Positions 38,982-47,990 of a stretch of DNA of 64,000 bases are shown in pieces (within the stretch, counting starts at the first letter, position 1; the number at the start of each line of letters is the position of its first letter). The stretch is from Bacteroidales bacterium (GTDB lineage Bacteria > Bacteroidota > Bacteroidia > Bacteroidales > FEN-979). The notes under the pieces are model-generated. The model was not told the origin of the DNA and searched no databases. It was given only the letters and a program-made list of their open reading frames with translations. The translations under genes and the position numbers were made by a program. The stretch is taken from the NCBI GenBank assembly GCA_025355465.1, contig JANXZO010000046.1:666-64665 (forward strand). The letters run 5' to 3'.

Positions 38982-39419
38982 TTATTTTGCTTTTGAACAG
39001 TAGTAGGTTCCCGAAGTATAGTCACTCGGGTTGGTCGGACTGTAGGATTTAAACGTTCCGGTGAGCGTCATATTGCCTGTGTTAAAAGTTCCCTCGATGA
39101 AGGATTGACCGTAAATACCCGTTCCCAGTATATATTTGAAATAGCGGTTGCTCACAGGGGTGATTCCGGAAGTGCTATAGGCCTGGATCGTTTGCTGACC
39201 ACCCGTATCAAACAGGATGATGAACTTGAGGCTCGTCAGGTAAAGGGTTCCTCCGATGTTATCGACATAAAAGTTGATCACCTGCGACTGGGAAGTTGAT
39301 CCGGGCCAGGAACCGATGAGCTCCGGATTATCGGGTTGGGGAGTGGATTTTTTGCAGGCCGGGGATGCCATGAGCAGGAAAATAAAAAGCAGGAAAACGG
39401 ATTTCGTAACGTATTTCAT
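38982..39419 (-). CDS. Hypothetical lipoprotein
   Basis: Signal peptide ending SPAC-KK. TATCTTTG box at 39447-39440. Confidence 0.7.
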   Translation of the reverse strand: MKYVTKSVFLLFIFLLMASPACKKSTPQPDNPELIGSWPGSTSQSQVINFYVDNIGGTLYLTSLKFIILFDTGGQQTIQAYSTSGITPVSNRYFKYILGTGIYGQSFIEGTFNTGNMTLTGTFKSYSPTNPSDYTSGTYYCSKAK

Positions 39420-39531
39420 AACTGTGGTTTGAAGTTGATCAAAGATAGGGATTATACCCTTTCCGGCTACGGTCGCCTCATTTTTTTTCTTAATTTTGCC
39501 GGCTGTTTGATTTCAAAAGAAAGAACCTCCC

Positions 39532-40728
39532 ATGTACGGAAAATTTCAGCAATATCTGCAGAAGCAGATAGAAGGCATTCATAACGACGGATTGTATAAA
39601 ACGGAACGCGTCATCACCACTCCCCAGGGGGTTGAAATACAGACCAACGGCCGGAAAGTACTTAATATGTGTGCCAACAACTACCTCGGACTCTCGAACG
39701 ACCCAAGGACGATGGCCGGAGCCAATATGACTTTTTTCAGGTATGGTTACGGGATGTCGTCGGTGAGGTTTATCTGCGGAACCCAGAAGATCCATAAAGA
39801 TCTCGAAGCCAAGCTCAGCGAATTTTTGGGGATGGAAGATACCATTTTGTACTCCTCGGCTTTCGACGCCAACGGAGGAGTGTTCGAACCGCTGCTGGGA
39901 GAGCAGGACGCGGTCATCAGCGACGAGCTGAACCATGCTTCCATCATCGACGGTGTAAGGCTTTGCAAAGCCCAGCGGTTCAAATACAAGAACAACGACA
40001 TGGACGACCTGGAGGAGGTGTTGCAGGATGCTGGTGAAGCCCGCTTCAAGCTCATCGTCACCGATGGAGTTTTCTCCATGGACGGTATTATTGCCCAGGT
40101 CGACAAGATCTGTGATCTGGCCGAAAAGTACAATGCACTGGTAATGGTCGATGATTCGCATGCCACAGGATTTGTTGGAAAGACAGGCCGCGGAACGGTT
40201 GAACACTGCAATGCTCAAGGCCGGGTGGATATCATCTCCACAACCTTCGGTAAAGCGCTTGGTGGCGCTTCCGGTGGGTCTGTTTCAGCCAAAAAAGAGA
40301 TTGTAGAGATCCTTCGTCAGCGCTCAAGGCCCTATCTTTTTTCAAATACTCTTGCTCCGGCCATTGCAGGCGCCACCCTGGAAGTGCTGAAGATGCTGAG
40401 CGAAACCACTTCGCTGCGTGACAAACTGTTCGAGAATACCCAACTGTTTCGCAAAGGCATGCAGGATGCGGGATTCAGGATCGTTGACGGGATACATCCC
40501 ATTGTCCCTGTCCTGTTCGGGCATCTTCCCAATGATGCGAAACTTTCCCAGGAATTTGCCAATGCACTTCTTGAGGAAGGAGTGTATGTCATTGGATTTT
40601 ATTACCCCGTCGTGCCCAAAGGCAAATCCAGGATCAGGGTTCAGATCAGTGCGGCCCATTCCCTGGAACAGATCGGTTTTGCGCTCGACAAGTTCAGGAA
40701 AGTAGGCAAGATGGTTAGGGCGATATAA
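39532..40728 (+). CDS. kbl: Glycine C-acetyltransferase (2-amino-3-ketobutyrate CoA ligase), copy 1
   Basis: [41 protein letters not shown] (PLP Lys), RSRPYLFSN. Confidence 0.92.
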   Translation: MYGKFQQYLQKQIEGIHNDGLYKTERVITTPQGVEIQTNGRKVLNMCANNYLGLSNDPRTMAGANMTFFRYGYGMSSVRFICGTQKIHKDLEAKLSEFLGMEDTILYSSAFDANGGVFEPLLGEQDAVISDELNHASIIDGVRLCKAQRFKYKNNDMDDLEEVLQDAGEARFKLIVTDGVFSMDGIIAQVDKICDLAEKYNALVMVDDSHATGFVGKTGRGTVEHCNAQGRVDIISTTFGKALGGASGGSVSAKKEIVEILRQRSRPYLFSNTLAPAIAGATLEVLKMLSETTSLRDKLFENTQLFRKGMQDAGFRIVDGIHPIVPVLFGHLPNDAKLSQEFANALLEEGVYVIGFYYPVVPKGKSRIRVQISAAHSLEQIGFALDKFRKVGKMVRAI

Positions 40729-40947
40729 GTATCGATCTCCTTTTACTCATATACGATGCCAACAACGGTAGTATTTACTTCTCCGGTTTTAAATAAAACA
40801 CCTTTTTCATCGTAGATATTAACGCAATGGCCAGGAGGCCGTACCCGGAAAGTTTTCTTATGCTTTTTGTGGGGATGACAATCACAAAGGAACGTTATCA
40901 GACAAAGTTAATTTGAAAATTTGTTATTCGCTATTTTACCGAAATAA

Positions 40948-40955
40948 TAATTTTG
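40948..40955 (+). promoter_or_regulatory. Bacteroidota -7 promoter box for the acpS operon
   Basis: TAATTTTG matches TAnnTTTG and lies 40 nt upstream of the acpS ATG. Confidence 0.55.
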
Positions 40956-40995
40956 TACGCCAAAATAAGTTCATGGGATTACAGAAGAAATAATT

Positions 40996-41376
40996 ATGAT
41001 CTACGGAACCGGAGTTGATATCATCGAATGTGCCCGCATTCAGAAAGTGATGGAACGGGACCTTGGGTTTAAGGACAAGATATTTACACCCGGGGAGATA
41101 GAATACTGCGAATCGAAAAATCGCAATAAATACCAGCATTATGCGGCAAGGTTTTCGGCCAAAGAAGCTTTTATGAAGGCCATCGGTACCGGATGGAGAT
41201 TCGGGATCCGGTTTGGCGATATCGAGGTTATCCATGATGACCTCGGAAAGCCCCATATTCGCCTTCACGGAAAAGCAAAAGAATTGGCAGAAAACGAGGG
41301 GTTCTGGAAAATTCATGTATCTTTATCGCATGTTAAAGAATTAACAACTGCGATCGTGATTATAGAGCGTGAATAA
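40996..41376 (+). CDS. acpS: Holo-ACP synthase (4'-phosphopantetheinyl transferase)
   Basis: GTGVDIIE, ARFSAKEAFMKA, GKP, VSLSH. Confidence 0.95.
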   Translation: MIYGTGVDIIECARIQKVMERDLGFKDKIFTPGEIEYCESKNRNKYQHYAARFSAKEAFMKAIGTGWRFGIRFGDIEVIHDDLGKPHIRLHGKAKELAENEGFWKIHVSLSHVKELTTAIVIIERE

Positions 41377-41404
41377 CGTATAACCTAAAAACCCCTTAAA
41401 ACTC

Positions 41405-43108
41405 ATGTCAAACATCGGATCCTACGACGAAAGGATTAAAAATTTCGATTGGAGTATTGCTGAAAAGGAACTTGATTACCAGCCAGGTAAAGTAATTAAC
41501 ATCGGCTGGTACTGTACCGACCGAATCTGCAAGCTCGGAAAAGCTGATAAAACGGCCCTCATCTGGGAGGGCTCTGCCGGCAACGAAAAACGCTACACAT
41601 ACAACGACATCCGCTTGGCTTCCAACACCATCGGCCAGTTCCTCCGCGACCTCGGCATCAACCCCGAAGACCGCGTATGCCTTTTCATGGATAAGATCCC
41701 CGAACTCTACCTGAGCTTCCTCGGAGTGCTCAAGATCGGCGCCATTGTTCAGCCACTCTTTTCCGCCTTCGGCGATGAGTCATTGCACGTCCGGCTCGAC
41801 AACGCCCAGACTACGGCCATCATCACCCAGCGTAAGCACGCTCCCAAGGTGCGCAAGATCCTCGACAAAATGCCTTATCTCAAGCACATCATCATCGTGG
41901 ATCCGGATCCTGCCAAACCGCTCAACGACCGTGAAGTGGCTTTTGAACTCGAAAAAATGCCGAAAGTTGACCAGTTCGAGATCCACCCCACACTGGCCGA
42001 ATCGCCGTCGGTCTTGCATTATACTTCCGGAACAACCGGTCAGCCCAAAGGTGTGAAACACGTTCACTATTCGCTGATTTCGCAGTACCTCACCTCAAAG
42101 TGGGTCCTCGACCTGCTCGATACCGACATTTACTGGTGCACCGCCGACCCGGGCTGGGTTACAGGAACCTCATACGGTATCATCGGAGCCTTCAGCAACG
42201 GGGTTACGCAGTGCGTACTCGACGCCGGCTTCTCAGCCGACAACTGGTATAAGTTCATCGGGAAACACAAGATCAGCATGTGGTATTCGGCCCCGACAGC
42301 CATCCGCTCGCTGATGAAAGCCGGCGAAGAGGTGATCAAAAAGTATGACCTCTCCTCCCTGCGCCACCTGGCTTCTGTGGGCGAGCCGCTCAACTCTGAG
42401 GCCGTTATCTGGAGCGAACGGGTATTCGGGAAACCATTCCTTGACACCTACTGGCAAACCGAAACCGGCTCGATGATGATCACCAACTTCCCCGGCATGA
42501 AGATCAAACCGGGCTCCATGGGCAAACCGTTCCCGGGCATCACAGCCACGGTGATCCATCCCGAAACCTACGAACCTTTTACCGAGACCGGAAAGATCGG
42601 CCTCATCGCCATCAAACCCGGCTGGCCCTCCATGATGCGCACTTACTGGCGTAATGAAGAGACCTACAATAAAAAATTCCAGAATGGCTGGTATCTTCCG
42701 GGCGACCGCTCCTCCATCGACAACGAAGGCTATTTCTGGTTCGTCGGGCGCGACGATGATGTGATCAACACCGGCGGTCACCTGGTCAGTCCGTTCGAGG
42801 TAGAATCCGCACTGCTCGAACATCCTGCCGTAGCCGAATCAGCCGTTGTCGCCAAACCCGACTTCGTAAACATGGAGGTGGTGAAGGCCTTTGTTACGCT
42901 GAAACCCGGATTTGTGGCCAGCAAGGACCTCGACCTCGACATCATGAACTTCGTACGCAAAAAACTTTCACCGCTCGCCATGCCGCAGGAGATCGAATTC
43001 ATCGACAATCTCCCCAAAACACGCAGCGGAAAGATCATGCGCCGTATCCTCCACGCCAAAGAGTGGGGAGAGGAGATCGGGGATACGAGCACACTTGAAA
43101 ATGATTAA
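41405..43108 (+). CDS. acsA: AMP-forming acetate/short-chain acyl ligase (AcsA-like)
   Basis: YTSGTTGQPKG, WCTADPGWVTG, SVGEPLN, DTYWQTETG, GRDDDVI, LPKTRSGKIMRR. Confidence 0.88.
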   Translation: MSNIGSYDERIKNFDWSIAEKELDYQPGKVINIGWYCTDRICKLGKADKTALIWEGSAGNEKRYTYNDIRLASNTIGQFLRDLGINPEDRVCLFMDKIPELYLSFLGVLKIGAIVQPLFSAFGDESLHVRLDNAQTTAIITQRKHAPKVRKILDKMPYLKHIIIVDPDPAKPLNDREVAFELEKMPKVDQFEIHPTLAESPSVLHYTSGTTGQPKGVKHVHYSLISQYLTSKWVLDLLDTDIYWCTADPGWVTGTSYGIIGAFSNGVTQCVLDAGFSADNWYKFIGKHKISMWYSAPTAIRSLMKAGEEVIKKYDLSSLRHLASVGEPLNSEAVIWSERVFGKPFLDTYWQTETGSMMITNFPGMKIKPGSMGKPFPGITATVIHPETYEPFTETGKIGLIAIKPGWPSMMRTYWRNEETYNKKFQNGWYLPGDRSSIDNEGYFWFVGRDDDVINTGGHLVSPFEVESALLEHPAVAESAVVAKPDFVNMEVVKAFVTLKPGFVASKDLDLDIMNFVRKKLSPLAMPQEIEFIDNLPKTRSGKIMRRILHAKEWGEEIGDTSTLEND

Positions 43109-43118
43109 TAACCGGATT

Positions 43119-43146
43119 GTAAAGATGCACCGCAGTGCGTCTCCGT
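43119..43146. repeat. Solitary REP-like palindrome
   Basis: GTAAAGATGCAC-CGCA-GTGCGTCTCCGT; resembles GTAGAGACGCAC..GTGCGTCTCTAC hairpins linked to Y1/RAYT transposases. Confidence 0.55.
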
Positions 43147-43183
43147 AAAATATTACTAACCAAAAAATAAGGAGAACAAACCA

Positions 43184-43426
43184 ATGGACGAAATGAAAGA
43201 AGTTGTAAAAGCTTATGTGATCAAGGAGTATGTTGAAGATGATACCGAACTTACCTACGACACCCCGCTGATCTCGGGAGGTATTGTCGACAGCTTCTCG
43301 ATGGTCTCCCTGAAACGGTTTCTCGAGAACAAATACAACATCTCGATCCCCGACGACAAAGCAACTCCGGAAGCTTTTGATTCGGTGAATAAGATTTGTG
43401 TGCTCGTCAATGAATATTTAAAATAG
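43184..43426 (+). CDS. Stand-alone acyl carrier protein
   Basis: 80 aa, acidic, with GIVDSFSMVSL (phosphopantetheine Ser). Confidence 0.92.
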   Translation: MDEMKEVVKAYVIKEYVEDDTELTYDTPLISGGIVDSFSMVSLKRFLENKYNISIPDDKATPEAFDSVNKICVLVNEYLK

Positions 43427-43435
43427 GAGGTTTAC

Positions 43436-44683
43436 ATGGCTTATACCGACAAAACCCGCGGGATGTATGGCGATGTTCTCACCGGCCTTAAAGATGCCGG
43501 ACTGTATAAACAGGAACGCTACATCCACTCTGCCCAGGCTGCCGACATCGAAGTTGAATTCCCCGCCGGCGCCTCCCTGAAGAAAGTGATCAATATTTGC
43601 GCGAACAACTACCTGGGCCTGTCGAGCCATCCCGAAGTGGTGAAGGCTGCCCATGCCGGACTCGATTCCCACGGCTATGGCATGTCATCCGTACGCTTCA
43701 TCTGCGGAACACAGGACATTCACAGGACGCTCGAAGGAATGGTCACCAAATTCCTCGGAACCGAAGATACCATCCTCTTCCCTTCCTGTATGGATGCCAA
43801 TGCCGGCGTTTTTGAGGCCGTCCTCACCAAGGACGATGTCATGATCTCCGACCGTCTGGTGCATGCTTCGATCATCGACGGGATCCGTCTTTGCAGCGCC
43901 ATGCATGATACTTTCAAGCACTCCGACATGGAACATCTGGAGGAGAAACTGCAGCTGCACAACGACAAGCGCCTGAAGTGCGTCATTACCGATGGCGTAT
44001 TCTCAATGGATGGCGACACCGCCAAACTGGATAAGATGGTAGAATTGTGCGAAAAGTATGATGCACTCCTTTTTGTCGACGAGTCGCATTCCAGCGGCTT
44101 CATCGGCAAAACCGGCCGCGGAACGCATGAGCAGTACGGCGTTATGGGCAAGATCGACATCATCACCACCACTTTTGGTAAAGGTCTCGGAGGAGCTTCC
44201 GGCGGTTGCGTTTCCGGACGCAGGGAGCTGGTTGAGATGTGCCGCCAGAAGGCCCGTCCCTATCTCTTTTCCAATACCATCGCCCCGCCGGTTGTTGCCG
44301 GGGTCATCAAAGTGCTGGAGATCCTTTCTGCATCCACCGACCGTCGCGATAAGCTGGAAAAGAACACTGCGTTCTGGCGCCAGGGCTTGACTGAAGCGGG
44401 TCTGATCATTAAGGCAGGCGACACCCCCATTGTGCCGGTGATGCTGTTCAACGCCAAGCTGGCGCAGGATGTATCGCGCGACTTGTACGAAGAGGGTATC
44501 TATGCCATCGGCTTCTTCTTCCCGGTAGTACCCCAGGGAGCTGCCCGCATCCGCACCCAGATCTCCGCAGGCCACGAGATCCACCATCTCGAAAAAGCGC
44601 TCGAAGCCTTCCGGAAAGTAGGAAAGAAATATGATATCCTGGGAAAAACAAAGCAGGAGATAATCGAGCGATATGGAATGTAA
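43436..44683 (+). CDS. kbl: Glycine C-acetyltransferase-like alpha-oxoamine synthase, copy 2 (ACP-linked)
   Basis: [56 protein letters not shown] precedes the start. Confidence 0.88.
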   Translation: MAYTDKTRGMYGDVLTGLKDAGLYKQERYIHSAQAADIEVEFPAGASLKKVINICANNYLGLSSHPEVVKAAHAGLDSHGYGMSSVRFICGTQDIHRTLEGMVTKFLGTEDTILFPSCMDANAGVFEAVLTKDDVMISDRLVHASIIDGIRLCSAMHDTFKHSDMEHLEEKLQLHNDKRLKCVITDGVFSMDGDTAKLDKMVELCEKYDALLFVDESHSSGFIGKTGRGTHEQYGVMGKIDIITTTFGKGLGGASGGCVSGRRELVEMCRQKARPYLFSNTIAPPVVAGVIKVLEILSASTDRRDKLEKNTAFWRQGLTEAGLIIKAGDTPIVPVMLFNAKLAQDVSRDLYEEGIYAIGFFFPVVPQGAARIRTQISAGHEIHHLEKALEAFRKVGKKYDILGKTKQEIIERYGM

Positions 44684-45230
44684 ACTGGCCAACCCCGCCC
44701 CCCTGGGCCTTATGGGCTTCGGGATGACGACTGTTCTGCTGAACATTCACAATGCCGGATTTTTCCCTGTAAGCGCCATGGTGCTGGCCATGGGTATCTT
44801 CTATGGAGGCATCGCACAGGTGATCGCCGGCATTCTGGAATTCAAAAAGGGCAACACTTTCGGATTGACCGCCTTTACCTCCTACGGCATGTTCTGGCTT
44901 ACACTCGTTGCCCTCTGGCTGCTGCCGGAGATCAGCAATGGCAAAGGGGTGAAAACCGACGAAGCCTACATGGGCTGGTATCTTTTCATGTGGGGAGTTT
45001 TCACGCTTTTCATGTGGATCGGAACCTTCGGGAAAAGTTTTTGCCTCCAGTTCGTCTTTCTCTCCCTCTGGATCTTGTTCTTCCTGCTGGCTATCCGCGA
45101 CTGGAGTGGTTCGGCACTGATCGGCACCATCGCCGGCTACGAAGGGCTCATCTGCGGGCTCTCGGCTATCTATTTAGCGATGGCAGAGGTTCTGGAAGAG
45201 GCCAGGGGCAAGAAGATATTGCCCTATTAA
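44673..45230 (+). CDS. satP: Acetate uptake transporter (SatP/YaaH, GPR1/FUN34 family)
   Basis: LANPAPLGLMGFGMTTVLLNIHNAG signature, GNTFG and SYGMFW; overlaps the kbl2 end by 11 nt. Confidence 0.95.
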   Translation: MECKLANPAPLGLMGFGMTTVLLNIHNAGFFPVSAMVLAMGIFYGGIAQVIAGILEFKKGNTFGLTAFTSYGMFWLTLVALWLLPEISNGKGVKTDEAYMGWYLFMWGVFTLFMWIGTFGKSFCLQFVFLSLWILFFLLAIRDWSGSALIGTIAGYEGLICGLSAIYLAMAEVLEEARGKKILPY

Positions 45231-45318
45231 CGGGTAACTGCACCGGAAAAACGACTAAACAAACCATTTGGTCTAAATAGTTTTTCTCTGTTTCGGAGAT
45301 TATCTATTTTTATTGCCG

Positions 45319-47841
45319 ATGAGAACCCGGAATGTCTGCCCTCCCATAGTCCTGCACCGGATCTGGGTATTTATCGTAATCGCCGGCTTTTTTCTGACTT
45401 CCGAAGTGCGGTCGCAGGAAACCAACAGGGTTCTTGATTCCGCGGCGCGAAGTACAAAAAACATAGCGGCTGTTCGCGTCCTCACCGGGCCAAAAATCGA
45501 TGGTCGCCCCGATGACGCTATCTGGAAGAACATTCCGGCCACCGGGGATTTTGTGGAATATGCTCCCAGGAACGGATCACTTCCGGCACTCCCGACCAGG
45601 ATCCGGTTCGCCTACGACGACAATGCCCTCTATATTCTGGCCGTGATGTACGATCCGCGCCCCGACAGTATCTGCAAAGAGCTGGGCCGCCGCGATCAGA
45701 TCGAACGGCTGAATACCGACTACATTTCATTCGACATCCTGCCTTACAACGACGGGTTGAACATGTACGAGTTCAAGGTGAGCCCGGCGAACCTGCAGAA
45801 TGATTGCAAATATTCTGCCATCGGACAGGATATTACCTGGGATGCGGTTTGGGAAAGCGCGACCCTTATCACCGACAGCGCCTGGATTGCGGAGGTTAAA
45901 ATTCCGTACTCTGCGTTGCGGTTTCCTAAGGTCGAAAACCAGGTGTGGGGAATCAATATGTGGAGGAATATAAACCGGTATCATGAATTTTCCACCTGGT
46001 CGTGGGTCGACAATAAATCGCAGGATATATTCCGCTATTATGGAACGGTCTCCGGAATCAACAACGTGAAACCACCGGTCAGACTCTCCTTCTCCCCTTA
46101 TATTTCGGGGTATGTAGAGAAAAATCCCGACAGCAAGAACTGGTCCTGGTTCCTGCGTGGCGGACTCGATCTCCGCTATGGTATCAACGAAAGTTATACC
46201 CTCGACATGATGTTGATCCCCGACTTCGGCCAGGTGCAGTCGGACGACAAGGTGCTCAATCTTACTCCGTTTGAAATACGGTACGACGAGAAGCGGCAGT
46301 TCTTTACAGAGGCAACCGAATTATTCAACAAATGTGAGATTTTCTATACGCGGCGGGTCGGGAGCACACCGAAAAATTTCAACGCAGGATACGACAGTCT
46401 GAAACCCGGTGAAAAGGTAACCAGCAACCCCGATCAGACAAGGATCATCAATGCCACGAAAATTTCGGGACGGAACGCAAAGGGGCTGGGTATCGGTTTT
46501 TTTAACGGGATGACAACCAACACATGGGCCACGCTTACCGATACGGTGAAAGGTGAATCCAGAAGGGTGATGACCCAGCCGTTTACAAATTATAACGTCC
46601 TTGTATTCGATCAGAACCTGAAGAATAACTCCTATGTAACGCTGATCAACACCAATTACTGGACCCCGGAGGAAGGATACTCAGCCAATGTTACAGGGAT
46701 GGAAACCATGATCAAAAACAAAAAGGCTACTTTCCAGGTATTTGGTCGGGTGAATGTAAGTCAGCTGTATAGCCGGGCAATCAGCCCGCAGTTCGGACAT
46801 CAGTATGTCGTTGCCCTGGAAAAGCCAAGCGGCAAATTTCAGTGTCAGCTCTTCCGGCAGGAAACCGGTGATACCTACGACCCGAACGACATGGGTTTTC
46901 TTCCATACAACAATGAAACTTTTAACCGGCTGAGGCTATCCTGGTATGATTTTGATCCGAAGGGAAAGATCATCAATACGCAGACCGACTTTCAGACAAT
47001 CTATTCGACGCTCTATAAGCCCTACGACTTCAAAACACTGGATTTCAGCCTGCACAATCAGATCACCTTCGTGAAATACTGGACAAACTCTCTCTATGCC
47101 GCCTTTCAGCCGCTGGGTTATAATGATTACTACGAACCCAGGGTTTGGGGAAGGGTTTATAAGCGGCCGTTAAACTATTCGGGCGAATGGAGTTTCTCCT
47201 CCGATGGAAGAAAGCCATTCAGGTACATGCATAATTTCGGGATTGGAATAAGCCCTGCCAACAATAACATCGAATATTTTATCGGGTTTACTCCGCGTAT
47301 CAGATTTAGCGACCGGCTATCTGTCAGCCTTAACGTACAATACGAAAAGGAGCTCAACGCTTACGGCTGGGTTACCCAGGACGATAATTTGCCATTCGAA
47401 CCGACCATCTATTTCGGCAGACGCGATGTTAACACCATTAACAACATCCTTACGGCAAGTTATATTTTCAGCACAAAAGCCTCACTTTCGCTGCGGGCCC
47501 GGCACTACTGGTCGCAGGCAAATTATCTCTCATTCTATACACTGGAATGGGAGGGAACTCTCGCTCCGGCTCCCTTCATTCAGAATCAGAACATAATCTT
47601 CAATGCATTCACCGCCGATCTCCAGTTTATCTGGTATTTTGCACCGGGCAGCGAGATGAGTGTCGTATGGAAAAACATCATCAATACCTGGGGCGATCAG
47701 CTGGTTCACAATTACCTGACCGACCTCAGCAACACGCTCGCGGCGCCGCAATTGAACAGTTTTTCGGTGAGGATACTTTATTACCTTGATTACCTGAACC
47801 TTCGCAAGGTTTTTACCAAAAAACAAGAGAAGCAAAGCTAA
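45319..47841 (+). CDS. Outer-membrane protein with CBM9-like N-domain and DUF5916 barrel
   Basis: PKIDG..W, AYDDNALYI, AEVKIPYSALRF, WGIN, PDFGQVQSDD, EKRQFFTE. Confidence 0.82.
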   Translation: MRTRNVCPPIVLHRIWVFIVIAGFFLTSEVRSQETNRVLDSAARSTKNIAAVRVLTGPKIDGRPDDAIWKNIPATGDFVEYAPRNGSLPALPTRIRFAYDDNALYILAVMYDPRPDSICKELGRRDQIERLNTDYISFDILPYNDGLNMYEFKVSPANLQNDCKYSAIGQDITWDAVWESATLITDSAWIAEVKIPYSALRFPKVENQVWGINMWRNINRYHEFSTWSWVDNKSQDIFRYYGTVSGINNVKPPVRLSFSPYISGYVEKNPDSKNWSWFLRGGLDLRYGINESYTLDMMLIPDFGQVQSDDKVLNLTPFEIRYDEKRQFFTEATELFNKCEIFYTRRVGSTPKNFNAGYDSLKPGEKVTSNPDQTRIINATKISGRNAKGLGIGFFNGMTTNTWATLTDTVKGESRRVMTQPFTNYNVLVFDQNLKNNSYVTLINTNYWTPEEGYSANVTGMETMIKNKKATFQVFGRVNVSQLYSRAISPQFGHQYVVALEKPSGKFQCQLFRQETGDTYDPNDMGFLPYNNETFNRLRLSWYDFDPKGKIINTQTDFQTIYSTLYKPYDFKTLDFSLHNQITFVKYWTNSLYAAFQPLGYNDYYEPRVWGRVYKRPLNYSGEWSFSSDGRKPFRYMHNFGIGISPANNNIEYFIGFTPRIRFSDRLSVSLNVQYEKELNAYGWVTQDDNLPFEPTIYFGRRDVNTINNILTASYIFSTKASLSLRARHYWSQANYLSFYTLEWEGTLAPAPFIQNQNIIFNAFTADLQFIWYFAPGSEMSVVWKNIINTWGDQLVHNYLTDLSNTLAAPQLNSFSVRILYYLDYLNLRKVFTKKQEKQS

Positions 47842-47990
47842 GCCGGGTTCACAGGTTTTTTCACAAAAAGAATTTATATTTGCTAAAACATTCATGCCTG
47901 AAATCCGATGGGCCTGCAATCCTGCGGCATCTTATCCGGCCTCGCATAATGTTAATTTCCTGAGATGAATAACCCAACCACCCGAAAAAA

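Noticed and set aside
40865-40889. TTTGTG..CACAAA inverted repeat upstream of acpS as a Rex or CRP site
   Set aside because: The arm spacing does not fit either consensus and there is only one instance.
43436-44683. Serine palmitoyltransferase or BioF assignment for the ACP-linked enzyme
   Set aside because: [10 protein letters not shown] and RPYLFSN match Kbl, and the partner ligase and SatP point to short-chain acids. It is not fully excluded without a tree.
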